From the NCBI GenBank assembly GCA_958296135.2, contig CATQHZ020000001.1, positions 2,208,001-2,272,000 of the forward strand: a stretch of 64,000 bases of DNA. Reading direction: 5' to 3'. Position numbers and translations under genes: made by a program. The DNA comes from an uncultured Poribacteria bacterium (GTDB lineage Bacteria > Poribacteria > WGA-4E > WGA-3G). The first letter of the stretch is position 1. Each line of letters opens with the position of its first letter. The notes below the pieces were generated by a model. That model was not told where the DNA came from. It saw only the letters and a program-made list of their open reading frames with translations, and did no database searches. Of the stretch, positions 27,139 through 37,554 are shown in pieces.

Positions 27139-28683
27139 CTACGGCAGATTGTGCAATTTTGGCAGCATGAACTCTGTCTGCTCATCCTTAAAATGACGCG
27201 CCGATTTGTGCCGCGATTCGATGCGCCACGGCAGCCGGATCGTTTCGTTCAGCGAGGCCGGGTTCGCAAAGTAACCGTCGTCAATCTGCCAAAACTGGAG
27301 GCGCGGATAAGATTCTCCGTTATGTTGGAATGTTCCCATGCTTTCCTGCATTGCCTTCATGCCGCTGCTGATTGGCTCTACCGTAATAAAAATGCCTACC
27401 TGCGCCTTCGCCTCACGGATAGCGTAACAGAACGCGCGAAGCGCAGATATGTTCGGTTTGCCGGATTTTACCTCGGCGATAACGCGCGTATGCCGCGCTT
27501 TCTGGTTACGTGGATTCCATACCTTCACGGTGCCGGTGCCATCAAAACCGCCATCGCCGACATTTGCAGTGGGTTCAAGCCCGATACGTGTCACTGCCCA
27601 GTTGGCGAAGTCGTGATACTTTTTCTGGTCGCGCACCAGCAGCGTCACTTCCTGCATATTCGTCGGGTAGCCCGCGATTTCATAATCAACGGAGGGCCCA
27701 AGTCCATGCCTGTCGCGCAGCCGTTTCTGTATTGCATCTAACGCGAGCAGCGTCACATCAATACCGAGCCACTGCCGATTCAGCGTCTCCGCTGCATCAA
27801 TCGTTGTACCGCACCCGCAGAACGGATCGAGCACAATATCGCCAGGGTTTGACGATGCCTCAATAAGTCGCTCATAAAGCGCGAGCGGCTTCTGTGTCGG
27901 ATAGCCGAGACGTTCCTGGGAAGTTGAACCAATTTGATTCATCTCACTACCCCGCAGATAGGTGAAGACATCGTCCATCGGGGTTCCCTCATCCCAATAG
28001 AACCGCTTCCATTCGCCGTTCTTATCTTTGGTATGATTCCTGCGGTATTTGCGCCCAGCCTCATCTTCATACTTGAACCGATGCTTGTCTTTCTCGGCAT
28101 ACGGCATCCGTGGTGGATTGAACACGAACGAGGGGCCTTTGACGTAACGCAGGATAATGTCGTGCTTGCGCTTGAAATCTAGACGCGGGGCACTCCCCGC
28201 AGAGTAGTGCCAAACAATTTCATTCCTGAAGTTGGCCACGCCGAACATGGCATCCATCAAACCTTTCAGATAATGACTCGCCGTTGGATCGCAGTGCAAA
28301 TACATGCTTCCCCTGGGCTGGAGCACGCGGTGGAGTTCAAGGAGGCGTGGCCCCATGAAGGCGAGATACGCGCGCATGGCACTCGGCGCGCCACTCGTCG
28401 CTTTCTGTAGCACAAAGTCGTACCCGATGAGCGCGTTGTTCAAGACGGCGTAACTTTCGGATGTCCGAGCGAGTCTGCCAATTTCACGCCGCGCGTCTTG
28501 CGCTGCATCGTCCCACGTCCACGTATCCACAAACGCTGTCCGCTGCGATTGTGACTCTGTCAAAAACGTGTTGTAGTTGCGGCCGCTGTTGAAAGGCGGA
28601 TCGGTGCAAACGAGATGGATAGACTCGGACTCCATTTCGCGCAAGATTTCCAAATTATCGCCGAAGTAAATTTTTCGCAGCAT
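27139..28683 (-). CDS. Site-specific DNA methyltransferase (N4/N6, beta-type) fused to a C-terminal Mrr-like nuclease domain
   Basis: DPPFN (motif IV) precedes DPFCGCGTT (motif I); YPTQKP; C-terminal DGGFDG...AEVKSG. Confidence 0.85.
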   Translation of the reverse strand: MLRKIYFGDNLEILREMESESIHLVCTDPPFNSGRNYNTFLTESQSQRTAFVDTWTWDDAAQDARREIGRLARTSESYAVLNNALIGYDFVLQKATSGAPSAMRAYLAFMGPRLLELHRVLQPRGSMYLHCDPTASHYLKGLMDAMFGVANFRNEIVWHYSAGSAPRLDFKRKHDIILRYVKGPSFVFNPPRMPYAEKDKHRFKYEDEAGRKYRRNHTKDKNGEWKRFYWDEGTPMDDVFTYLRGSEMNQIGSTSQERLGYPTQKPLALYERLIEASSNPGDIVLDPFCGCGTTIDAAETLNRQWLGIDVTLLALDAIQKRLRDRHGLGPSVDYEIAGYPTNMQEVTLLVRDQKKYHDFANWAVTRIGLEPTANVGDGGFDGTGTVKVWNPRNQKARHTRVIAEVKSGKPNISALRAFCYAIREAKAQVGIFITVEPISSGMKAMQESMGTFQHNGESYPRLQFWQIDDGYFANPASLNETIRLPWRIESRHKSARHFKDEQTEFMLPKLHNLP

Positions 28684-28691
28684 GACGCAGG

Positions 28692-29393
28692 TTATCCTTG
28701 CTTTAAGAAATCCATCACCTTTTTGATGTCTTCCCACACGTCGCGCTTCGCATTCGGGTTGCGGAGCAAATATGCAGGATGATACGTCGGCATCACCATG
28801 GGCGCGTTTTCCCGCTGTCCCGCGATACCATACGGATAGAACTCGCCGCGCAGTGCCGTGATGCCCGTCTTCGTATTCAGCAACTTCTGTGCAGCGAAAC
28901 TGCCGAGTGCCACGATGACCTTCGGCTGAATGAGCTCGATTTGGCGTTCCAAATAAGGGCTACACATTTCCACCTCGTCGGATGCCGGATTTCTGTTGCC
29001 CGGCGGCCGGCATTTGAGTATGTTGGCGATGTAGACATCAGCGCGCGTTAAATGCATCCCTTTCTCAATGATGTCTGTCAGCAGTTTTCCGGCCCTGCCG
29101 ACAAAAGGTTCCCCGAGCCGGTCTTCATCAGCACCGGGTGCCTCGCCGACAAACATCAACGCTGCGTTCGGGTCGCCCACTCCGAAGACGACGGTATTCC
29201 GAGTCGCATGCAGGCCGCATCGGGTGCAACCCTGGGCATCGGCATCTAACTGGCGCAGGTCGAACGTAGCGTAAGGAGATTCCGGCTGTGGTTCCTGGAG
29301 TTCGGTGAAACCGAGTTCAAGTTGTTCTTGCACGTATTCCCTCACAGTTGCGACAAGTTGTAGGTATTCTTCTCTAATACTGTCTGTGTTCAT
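28692..29393 (-). CDS. Uracil-DNA glycosylase, family 4 (4Fe-4S)
   Basis: [35 protein letters not shown]. Confidence 0.92.
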   Translation of the reverse strand: MNTDSIREEYLQLVATVREYVQEQLELGFTELQEPQPESPYATFDLRQLDADAQGCTRCGLHATRNTVVFGVGDPNAALMFVGEAPGADEDRLGEPFVGRAGKLLTDIIEKGMHLTRADVYIANILKCRPPGNRNPASDEVEMCSPYLERQIELIQPKVIVALGSFAAQKLLNTKTGITALRGEFYPYGIAGQRENAPMVMPTYHPAYLLRNPNAKRDVWEDIKKVMDFLKQG

Positions 29394-29397
29394 GGTG

Positions 29398-29480
29398 GCA
29401 TGGCGAGGGACAGGTTTCCCGCGCCCTACGGTAAAAACGGACACTCGCAGCATGGCGAGGGACAGGTTTCCCGCGCCCAC
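29398..29480 (-). repeat. Two tandem REP-like palindromes
   Basis: GCATGGCGAGGGACAGGTTTCCCGCGCCC occurs twice; the first ends in CTACGG (GTAG foot on the minus strand). Confidence 0.75.
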
Positions 29481-29556
29481 TGTCGTTCGGGCTCGCAACC
29501 CGCCGATGTTAGTGACATCAGAAGCCCGGCGCGAGAAAATTCAAATGAGTTTGGTA

Positions 29557-31239
29557 TTAATTGCGCAGTTCGTGGATTAAGGAGAGCCCATCGAACCACG
29601 TGATATACAGAAACAGGGCAATCATGAGCACAACACTGACGTGTTGAACGATTGCCTGCTTTTTCAGACTGAGGGGCCTTCCGCGGACTTTCTCAACGGC
29701 GAAAAATAGCAGATGCCCACCGTCTGCGATGGGAATCGGCAATAAATTGACGATGCTGAGATTGATGCTGATAAACCCGATGAAAAAGAGCGCGCTGCCG
29801 AGTCCCAATTCAAACATGCGGCTCGTCGCGTTCGCGATGCCAATGGGGCCCGTGAGGAATTTCGGCGAGACCTCTTGGCTTATCAACTGTCGCAGCGTCT
29901 TGCCGATGGACTCCACCGTCAGCCACGAGGCTTCCAGGCTCTTTCCGAAGGCGGTAAATAAACTATACGTCGGCAAGTCACGCGATGGGACACCGAATGA
30001 AATACCGCTGAGCGTCGCATTCCAACCGAACCCGTAAGGGGTGCCAGTGATTTCGGATGTTTCAGCCGAGGCAATCGCGCCCGGTGAAAGTGCCACGGTA
30101 TGTTTCTCACCCTCGCGAAGCAGGCCGAGCTCAAGCCGGCCATCTACCCCCCATAATTGTGCAGAGAGCATTGCGTTCTCCACCGCTTTTCCGTTGAGGC
30201 TGAGTAGCGTATCGCCCGTGCGGACACCGGAGGCTTTCGCATCGGGCGGCACAGCTGCAGTAAGCTCCCACTGCACCGGCACTTTTACTACCATGGCGGT
30301 GCCGTCGCGACGAATCCCAAGGTGGAGCTCATCCGGATGCCGCTGAATTGTGCGGTAGAGGGCCTGATGGTGGGTTGAAATCCAATCCGCCTCCGGATCC
30401 CAAATCTGCGAATCGAACCGGGGCACGTTGTAGATTTTTTGCCCATTGATTGTCTCAACCCGGTCGCCGATTTGGATACCGACTTTTTCCGCCAGACTGC
30501 CTTCGGCCACTTCGGTGACTATCACTTTGCTACTGCTACTCACCTGAAGGATGCCGCTGTCGCCTCTCGCGCCGCGGATGCCTTCGGGGACAACAGTGAA
30601 CGTTTGCGCGGTGCCATTACGTTCAACAGCAACATCTAATTCCTGCCCGGGGCTAGTGTAAATGCGGGTATGGAAGGCCGTCCAATTTTCAACAGACGCG
30701 CCGTTGATAGACGTGATGACATCGCCGGACTTCAACCCGCCACGCGCCCCCGGGCCATCCGGTGCAACCGTGCCAAGTTGAACTGCCTCCTTTTCGCTGC
30801 CGATGTGCAGGCCGATCAGCCGCTCAATGAAGGTGGCAGAGTAGTCATTCAAACCGAATTGGAAGACGAGCCAATAAGCGAATACGCCGAAGAAGAGATT
30901 TACAGCGGGACCAGCGATGACGACAAACGCACGGCTGCCTAGCGATGCACTGCCGAATTCACCGCGCGCGCCTGTCTGTTCGTTTGGGTTTTCACCCTCC
31001 ATTTGGACATAGCCGCCGAAGGGTAACAGAGAAATGCGGTATTCCGTCTCCCCGTATTCAAACCCGATTAATTTCGGACCGAAGCCGAGAGAGAAAGTGT
31101 TCACCTTAATACCGGACTTTTTCGCCGCGAAAAAATGACCGAGTTCGTGGATAAAGATGAGGAAACCGAGCGGGATAATCGCAAGGAGCACAGTTTTTAG
31201 TGTTGGAAGAAGTGTTATGATTGGGTCTAGAAGTTCCAT
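29557..31239 (-). CDS. rseP: RIP metalloprotease RseP with multiple PDZ domains
   Basis: HELGH, LLPFGGYV, AGPAVN, NLLPIPIADGGH. Confidence 0.92.
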   Translation of the reverse strand: MELLDPIITLLPTLKTVLLAIIPLGFLIFIHELGHFFAAKKSGIKVNTFSLGFGPKLIGFEYGETEYRISLLPFGGYVQMEGENPNEQTGARGEFGSASLGSRAFVVIAGPAVNLFFGVFAYWLVFQFGLNDYSATFIERLIGLHIGSEKEAVQLGTVAPDGPGARGGLKSGDVITSINGASVENWTAFHTRIYTSPGQELDVAVERNGTAQTFTVVPEGIRGARGDSGILQVSSSSKVIVTEVAEGSLAEKVGIQIGDRVETINGQKIYNVPRFDSQIWDPEADWISTHHQALYRTIQRHPDELHLGIRRDGTAMVVKVPVQWELTAAVPPDAKASGVRTGDTLLSLNGKAVENAMLSAQLWGVDGRLELGLLREGEKHTVALSPGAIASAETSEITGTPYGFGWNATLSGISFGVPSRDLPTYSLFTAFGKSLEASWLTVESIGKTLRQLISQEVSPKFLTGPIGIANATSRMFELGLGSALFFIGFISINLSIVNLLPIPIADGGHLLFFAVEKVRGRPLSLKKQAIVQHVSVVLMIALFLYITWFDGLSLIHELRN

Positions 31240-31262
31240 CAGGGGACCCCCTCGTTATTTAG

Positions 31263-32432
31263 TTAGCGTTCTGTTTTTTTGATGAATGCCCGTGCCGCCG
31301 ATTTTGCCCACGTGTCAACGGCCAGGATGTCGTCAAGGTTTGGATGTGGAATCACAACGTGTTTATCTATTACGCATCGCAGGATAGCAGGGATATCCGT
31401 AAACCCGATGCGGTTTGCGAGAAAAGCGTCTACCACCACCTCATCCGCGCTGCTGAGGACGACAGGGAGAGTGCCGCCGACTTCTGCCGCGGTATACGCA
31501 AGCGAGATGCACGGAAACTTTTCCGTATCCACGGGCTCAAAGTGAAGCGTTCGCGCCGCCCGCAAATCTAAACGCGGGACAGGCGTAGAAAGTCTCCGCG
31601 GATAAGTCAAAGCGAACTGAATCATAAGACGCATATCCGTTGGCCCCAACTGCGCGAGGGTGGAGCCGTCTGTCCATTCAACCATAGAATGGACAATGCT
31701 CTCGCGATGCACAACAATGTTAATCTTCGAGAGCGGCACATCAAACAGCCACTTCGCCTCAATAACCTCGAGCCCTTTGTTCATCATCGTCGCGGAGTCA
31801 ATCGTGATTTTCGCACCCATATCCCAGTTGGGGTGCCGAAGTGCCTGTTGCGGCGTTACATTCCGAAGTGCTTCCTTCGGCATTTCCAGAAACGGGCCGC
31901 CAGATGCGGTAATCAGGAGTTGATGAATATCCGCCTGCCGGCCGCGTTGTCCCTCTAGGCATTGGAAGATCGCGCTCATCTCGCCATCTATCGGTATTAA
32001 GTTAACCCCGTTTGCGCGCACTGCCTCCATTACTAGCGGGCCGCACATCACCATCACCTCTTTGTTAACGAAAGCGATGTCTTTTCCGGCGTTAATGGCG
32101 GCTAATGTGGGGAGTAACCCGGCACTGCCGCCGATTCCCTCCAGCACCTGTTCTGCTTCGGCCATCGTAGCTACCGCTTGGAGCCCCTCAGCACCCGCGA
32201 GCACCTCAATGCCGTCAATGTCGCTGATGCGTTCACGCAATTGCCCTGCCGCAGTGGGCTCATTTAAAGCCGCCACCTTTGGACGATGCGTCCGAATTTG
32301 CTCTTCAAGAGTGTCAACATCCTGATTCGCAGCGAGGCCGACGACGTTAAATTCTGCAGGATGCGTTTTAACAACGCTGAGCGCGTTCTTTCCGATGGAC
32401 CCGGTGCTACCCAGAATGGCGATGTGTTTCAT
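31263..32432 (-). CDS. dxr: 1-deoxy-D-xylulose-5-phosphate reductoisomerase
   Basis: ILGSTGSIG, NKE, TASGGPF, HPNWDMGAKITIDSATMMNKGLEVIEA. Confidence 0.95.
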   Translation of the reverse strand: MKHIAILGSTGSIGKNALSVVKTHPAEFNVVGLAANQDVDTLEEQIRTHRPKVAALNEPTAAGQLRERISDIDGIEVLAGAEGLQAVATMAEAEQVLEGIGGSAGLLPTLAAINAGKDIAFVNKEVMVMCGPLVMEAVRANGVNLIPIDGEMSAIFQCLEGQRGRQADIHQLLITASGGPFLEMPKEALRNVTPQQALRHPNWDMGAKITIDSATMMNKGLEVIEAKWLFDVPLSKINIVVHRESIVHSMVEWTDGSTLAQLGPTDMRLMIQFALTYPRRLSTPVPRLDLRAARTLHFEPVDTEKFPCISLAYTAAEVGGTLPVVLSSADEVVVDAFLANRIGFTDIPAILRCVIDKHVVIPHPNLDDILAVDTWAKSAARAFIKKTER

Positions 32433-33292
32433 AAACGCGTCAATTCCATGTAATAATAGAGGACAGGTGTGCTAAAGATTAAACTGTCACATCTGTCAAG
32501 GAATCCGCCGTGCCCTGGGATGATATCCCCGGAGTCTTTGACACCGGCGGTGCGCTTGACAAGCGATGCACTCAGATCACCGAGTTGTCCCAGCGCGCTC
32601 AATATCAAGCCGATGAATGCGGCGTTTGCCAACGAGAATGTGTCTCTCAGAATAGCTGCGCCGAGTGTGAGCCCTGTCAAAGTTCCCAGAACTAACCCGG
32701 CGATAGTGCCTTCAACCGTTTTGCGCGGGCTAATCGGCGTGCCGAGTTTATGTTTCCCGATGGTTCTGCCGATGAGATAGGCACCGGTGTCGCTGCACCA
32801 GATTGTCCCCGCTAGGAGAAAGATGAGTTGTCTGCCTATCTCATCGGTGTCGCGTAGCAGGATGAGATGGTAACCGACTCCCCACCCGATAATGAGTATG
32901 CCTGTCAACTTCAAGGCGGCTGTAGCCAACTCACCTGCTACTTTTCCGCTCAGTATGCTTTCGGCGAAAACATAGATGAGGATGAAGGTAAAGCAAGCGA
33001 GCAGGAGCAGCTGAGTGTCTGCCATTGCATGCAGACGGCGCGCGAGGAACGGCAATAGACAAAACGCCGCCGTGAGCCCCACGGGCATCACAGGGTTTAT
33101 GTCGGGCCCAATTTGCGGGCCCTCATCAGAATCAAAATGTCCATTGACATGTCGCGCGAGTCTGCAGTATTCAACTTGCATCGCCGATGCAACCGCAGAC
33201 ACGAGGAGGAGGAACAGCCAATCGCCCTGATAGATAATCAGGAGGACGAGCGGGACCAGCACAACAATACTCAGGGCTCGCCGCCAAAACAT
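32429..33292 (-). CDS. cdsA: Phosphatidate cytidylyltransferase
   Basis: SDTGAY, ISPRKTVEG, KRTAGVKDSG, PGHGGFLDRCDS; RBS before ATG 33292. Confidence 0.93.
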   Translation of the reverse strand: MFWRRALSIVVLVPLVLLIIYQGDWLFLLLVSAVASAMQVEYCRLARHVNGHFDSDEGPQIGPDINPVMPVGLTAAFCLLPFLARRLHAMADTQLLLLACFTFILIYVFAESILSGKVAGELATAALKLTGILIIGWGVGYHLILLRDTDEIGRQLIFLLAGTIWCSDTGAYLIGRTIGKHKLGTPISPRKTVEGTIAGLVLGTLTGLTLGAAILRDTFSLANAAFIGLILSALGQLGDLSASLVKRTAGVKDSGDIIPGHGGFLDRCDSLIFSTPVLYYYMELTRL

Positions 33293-33429
33293 AGTTCTCC
33301 CTACGGAATTACCCGCACGCCGGGGCACGGCGAGGAACAGGTTTCCCTCGCCCTACAGGTTTTAGAGATACGCCTGCAACATCCGCCCATCATTGGCAAA
33401 TGCGGGGCATATTCCTTCGTCGCTACGGC

Positions 33430-34017
33430 CTAGGTCTCCAACAGTTCCGCTTCCTTCGCCTCGGTGAGTTGGTTAATCTGGTTGATGTAGGTATCCGTGA
33501 GCTGCTGGACCGGGTCTGCCTCGGCTCGCCCGCTCTTTTTATCGCCGCTGCGGCCCCTACTTTTGCGTCCGGCCGCACCCATCTCGGCACCTTCCAATTT
33601 TTTGATGGCATCGTTCGCGTCGCGACGGATGTTGCGGATTGCGACACGGCCCTCTTCCGCCAATTTGCGGACGACCTTGGTTAACTCCGTCCGACGTTCG
33701 GTTGTGAGTTCGGGAACCAGGATGCGGATGACGTTGCCATCGTTGCTTGTGGAGAGCCCTAAATCGGAGAGGGCTATCGCTTTCTCAATTTCTTTAATCA
33801 GCGTTTTGTCCCACGGCTGGATGACGAGGAGGCGCGGTTCAGGTGTCGTCACCGTGCCAACCTGGTTCAGTGGGCTTTTGCTGCCGTAATAATTCACGGT
33901 GACCTGGTCCAGTAGTGCGGAGGTGGCCCGCCCGGTTTGCACGTGCGATAACTTCGTCGCCGTTGCCTCCACGGTTTTCTTCATCCGGCCCTCGGTCTGT
34001 TGAATAACTTGTTGCAT
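33430..34017 (-). CDS. frr: Ribosome recycling factor
   Basis: TGRA, YYGSKSPL, IQPWD, PELTTERR, EEGRVAIRNIRRDAN; GAGG RBS before ATG 34017. Confidence 0.93.
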   Translation of the reverse strand: MQQVIQQTEGRMKKTVEATATKLSHVQTGRATSALLDQVTVNYYGSKSPLNQVGTVTTPEPRLLVIQPWDKTLIKEIEKAIALSDLGLSTSNDGNVIRILVPELTTERRTELTKVVRKLAEEGRVAIRNIRRDANDAIKKLEGAEMGAAGRKSRGRSGDKKSGRAEADPVQQLTDTYINQINQLTEAKEAELLET

Positions 34018-34098
34018 CTGAATTAACCTCAACGAATCGGCGCGCTTTCTTGGGGAGCGATGCGATGCCTGCCCGCCGCCCCAAGCGCGTCCACAGGT

Positions 34099-34692
34099 TT
34101 ACTGTCCAAGCACGTAGAGGACAAAGCGTTTGACGACGATATTCTCGCCAAGTTGGGCGATTGCGTCCTTAACGAGGTCCTCGATAGTCTTGTCGGTATC
34201 GCGGATGTAGGGCTGCTGGAGGAGGCAGGTTTCCGTGTAAAATTTGGAGATGCGGCCTTCTACGATGCGGGCGGCGATGTGCTCGGGTTTCCCCTCTTGC
34301 ACCGCTTGCATCCTCAGAATGGCCCTTTCCGCTTCCAATTCCTCGGCGGGGACTTCCGCGGCGTTAAGATACTTAGGCTTGGCGGCGGCGACTTGCATCG
34401 CAATCTCCTTCGCCAAAGTTTGGAACTGCTCTGTCCGCGCGACGAAATCGGTCTCGCAATTCAATTCGACTAAGGTGCCGACCCGGTTGCCGGGGTGGAT
34501 GTAGGAGACGATTAAGCCTTCCTCGGTAGCCCGCCCGCCTTTGACTTCGGAGGCTTTCAGGCCCTGTTCCCGCAACTTCTGAATTGCTGTGTCCATGTCG
34601 CCGTCTGTCTCTGTTAACGCCTTTTTGCAGTCCATAATCCCTGCACCGGTGCGCGAACGGAGCTCACTCACCATCTTTGCTGTAATTGCCAT
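34099..34692 (-). CDS. tsf: Elongation factor Ts (short ~197 aa form)
   Basis: LRSRTGAGIMDCKKAL, ELNCETDFVA, GENIVVKRF. Confidence 0.95.
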   Translation of the reverse strand: MAITAKMVSELRSRTGAGIMDCKKALTETDGDMDTAIQKLREQGLKASEVKGGRATEEGLIVSYIHPGNRVGTLVELNCETDFVARTEQFQTLAKEIAMQVAAAKPKYLNAAEVPAEELEAERAILRMQAVQEGKPEHIAARIVEGRISKFYTETCLLQQPYIRDTDKTIEDLVKDAIAQLGENIVVKRFVLYVLGQ

Positions 34693-34942
34693 GTTTTCTC
34701 CGATCAAGTGAATGGATAGGCGCGCGGTTGTAGCGCGCAATGTGTTAAAATCGTAGACTGCGCGCACAACCACCGAGCTGTGCACGCGACATTCATGCAG
34801 ACATGAGGGTTAAGAAAAGAAATTGTTAATTCAGACCGGCGGGCGGAAACCATAGACATCCGGCCCTACCATCGGGCGCGCTACGCGCGGAGACACTGCA
34901 CGCCGCCCATGAAAATCGCCCGATTAACTACTGAAACTTCCT

Positions 34943-35851
34943 CTATGTCTGCCTTCTGAAACCACCTCTGCCTCTTCTGCGCGGTTGTTGGCGAGGTGGA
35001 CGACTGGGACGCTGTTCGCCATCCCCGATTGTCTCCGGTTCCGCGGACAAGTCCGACTCGGCCAGCATCGCGGCACTCTGTTCTTCGTGCCGTTCGGTGT
35101 CCGAAGCGGCATCAACGCGGGGTGCATCCTCGCTCAGCAGAGCTGCTTCTGCGGATTCCGCGCCTTCTAGCGCGCCGCCGCGGCCCTCAATCACCGCATC
35201 CGCTAGCACTTGGCAGATGAGGCGAATCGACCGGATCGCATCGTCGTTGCCCGGCACCGGCAGATCGATAAGGTCCGGGTCGCAGTTGGTATCAACGATG
35301 GCGATGATGGGGATGCCCAGTTTATTCGCTTCGGCGACAGCAGTGTGCTCTTTCCGCGTATCCGTTACGAAAACGACATCGGGCAGCCGCCGCATCTCTC
35401 TGATGCCGACGAGATTGTTGTTCAACTTGCCCTTTTCACGTCTGAGGCGCATCACCTCTTTCTTGGGCATCTGATCAAAGAGGCCGTTCGCTTCGTCAGC
35501 ATCCAGTTTTGATAACCGGCTAACGCTGCGGCGGATAGTCTGGAAGTTTGTCAACATGCCGCCCAGCCAGCGATGATTGACGTGATACATACTGCATCGG
35601 CCCGCCTCTTCCTTGACTGCCTCCTGGGATTGCCGCTTGGTTCCGACAAATAGAAGGCCGCCGCCCCGCGACGCAATGTCTTGCACGAACGCTGCAGCTG
35701 TCTCCAGCATGCCGAGTGTCTTCTGCAAGTCGATGATATAAATCCCATTCCGCTCGGCGAAGATGTATTCCGCCATCTTCGGGTTCCAGCGGCGGGTTTG
35801 GTGCCCAAAATGAACGCCGCATTCAAGGAGCTCTTTCATTGTAACTGCCAA
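34943..35851 (-). CDS. rpsB: 30S ribosomal protein S2
   Basis: [41 protein letters not shown]; TTG start with GGAGG RBS. Confidence 0.97.
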   Translation of the reverse strand: MAVTMKELLECGVHFGHQTRRWNPKMAEYIFAERNGIYIIDLQKTLGMLETAAAFVQDIASRGGGLLFVGTKRQSQEAVKEEAGRCSMYHVNHRWLGGMLTNFQTIRRSVSRLSKLDADEANGLFDQMPKKEVMRLRREKGKLNNNLVGIREMRRLPDVVFVTDTRKEHTAVAEANKLGIPIIAIVDTNCDPDLIDLPVPGNDDAIRSIRLICQVLADAVIEGRGGALEGAESAEAALLSEDAPRVDAASDTERHEEQSAAMLAESDLSAEPETIGDGEQRPSRPPRQQPRRRGRGGFRRQT

Positions 35852-36410
35852 AATAACCTCCTCATAGCGCGCATTGGAAGCACGCCTATGGGGTTTGCAG
35901 GAGCTTTTTTAAGAATTCCTGCTGGGTTTTCACATCCACCTCTTTCATATTTGCAACAGACTCTCAAAAAGTCGCGATGATAAATCGCACCTACCTAGGC
36001 CGCGATTGCATGTCACGCGGCCCGGAAACGAGAGAACCCGCTGTGCAAATCGGGAGGTGTGTCGTCTGATACTGCGTTGCGCCAAATTGCAACGCACGCG
36101 CGGCCGCTTTCACCGCGCTTTTAATATTTTACCACAAAAACGCTGCAATTGCAAGTTAACTTTTTATACCATAAATTTTAGCGGTTGTCAAGGAAAATTA
36201 TGAAAAAATATCGTTGTCAACCTCAACGTCGGATTTTACGTCTATATTTTTACAAGGTAGGGGCGATTTAAAATAAACGGGGTATTTTAGCGGATATAGA
36301 CATTCGCCCTGACAAAGACACGCATGAACGGATAAAGGGTGCTGTTACAAACCGCACCTACGGAAGGCGAGCCGCGTTTACCCTGAGGAATCCTTTTTTA
36401 GAGGAGGCGA

Positions 36411-37526
36411 GTGGATAAAATGCAAAGCCCTGTTCAACGGGAAAAATGGCAAAGTTTGCTTGAACCCATCGCGGCGCACTTCCATATATCCCCAAACACA
36501 ATTCAGATTGCGGCAATCCAGCACGGCACTCGGCAACGAGAGAATGTCTGCCGCCTGACAATCGGCACGGAAAGTTATCTACTTAAACGGCACGACGTAA
36601 CTGCCGCAGCTGTCAAGGCGGGACATACGCCACTCCAGATCGAAGTTACCGTGTTATCCACGCTGCACCGAGGCGGATGCAAGATCCCCAGGGTTGTTTG
36701 GAAATCCGATGCTTTGCATGCGTTGCTCCTAGAATGGCACGGCGAACACACGCTTGATACCCTCGCACAACGCCATCAGGGTGCGCGCCCCCTCGCCGTT
36801 GTCCAGCAGGTGCTAAAAGAATTGTGTCAGATAGAGACAAGTTTTGTGGAACACGCCGAACTTCTCAAACCTTACGTCTTCGATTTTCAGCATCGTGCGA
36901 CTTTGGAAGGGTTGCTGGAACAGGGGAAAAGGACGCTCGGCTATCTTCTCACTCCCCTCGGCGGCAAGGCACGCGTGGCTATAGAAAATGCCTGGAACGC
37001 GCTCTCTGTCCGTCTATTGAATGCCCCAACGACGCTTGGCCCTCTCGACTACAACGCCCGGAACGTTGTCGTTGAAGGCGGAAAACCCACTTTTATTGAT
37101 TTCGCGAGCATCGGGTGGGACTGGCAGGAGAAGCGGCTCGTGCAACTCCTCAATAGTATCGGAGCCTTCACGGCAGGCGCGAATTTTGTCTCACTACTGG
37201 ACAGGGAACTCGTTCACAGTTACGCTGAATGGGTTGCCACACACAGAGAAACTTGTTCGCCGGCGGACATCGCAGCGCGGGTAGATGGGCATCACCTGTT
37301 GTTTTACCTATCAGTAGTGCATCGGATTTTGCGCGCGGTGGCGCGCCCTGAAACGGCTGACAGCCAGATGCTTCTGCACGCTTGGGGAGATGCGCGCGCC
37401 AGATTTCAACGCGTACTAACGTTGATTGGCTCTGCCGATTTGAGCGACGATGGTGACACCGGCCAAATTCGGGAGATGATTCGCGGGCTCCACGCGGATA
37501 GGGAGAAACATTATAGTGCCAAATAA
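36411..37526 (+). CDS. APH/choline-kinase-like phosphotransferase
   Basis: YLLK, catalytic-loop-like GPLDYNARN, FIDF; GGAGG RBS before GTG 36411. Confidence 0.65.
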   Translation: MDKMQSPVQREKWQSLLEPIAAHFHISPNTIQIAAIQHGTRQRENVCRLTIGTESYLLKRHDVTAAAVKAGHTPLQIEVTVLSTLHRGGCKIPRVVWKSDALHALLLEWHGEHTLDTLAQRHQGARPLAVVQQVLKELCQIETSFVEHAELLKPYVFDFQHRATLEGLLEQGKRTLGYLLTPLGGKARVAIENAWNALSVRLLNAPTTLGPLDYNARNVVVEGGKPTFIDFASIGWDWQEKRLVQLLNSIGAFTAGANFVSLLDRELVHSYAEWVATHRETCSPADIAARVDGHHLLFYLSVVHRILRAVARPETADSQMLLHAWGDARARFQRVLTLIGSADLSDDGDTGQIREMIRGLHADREKHYSAK

Positions 37527-37554
37527 CGTTTCAGAACCCCAAACAAAAAACCGT

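Noticed and set aside
35855-36130. rpsB leader RNA (S2 autoregulatory element)
   Set aside because: The leader is long and contains an ACACAC motif, but I cannot establish the structure by eye; an Infernal search would be needed.
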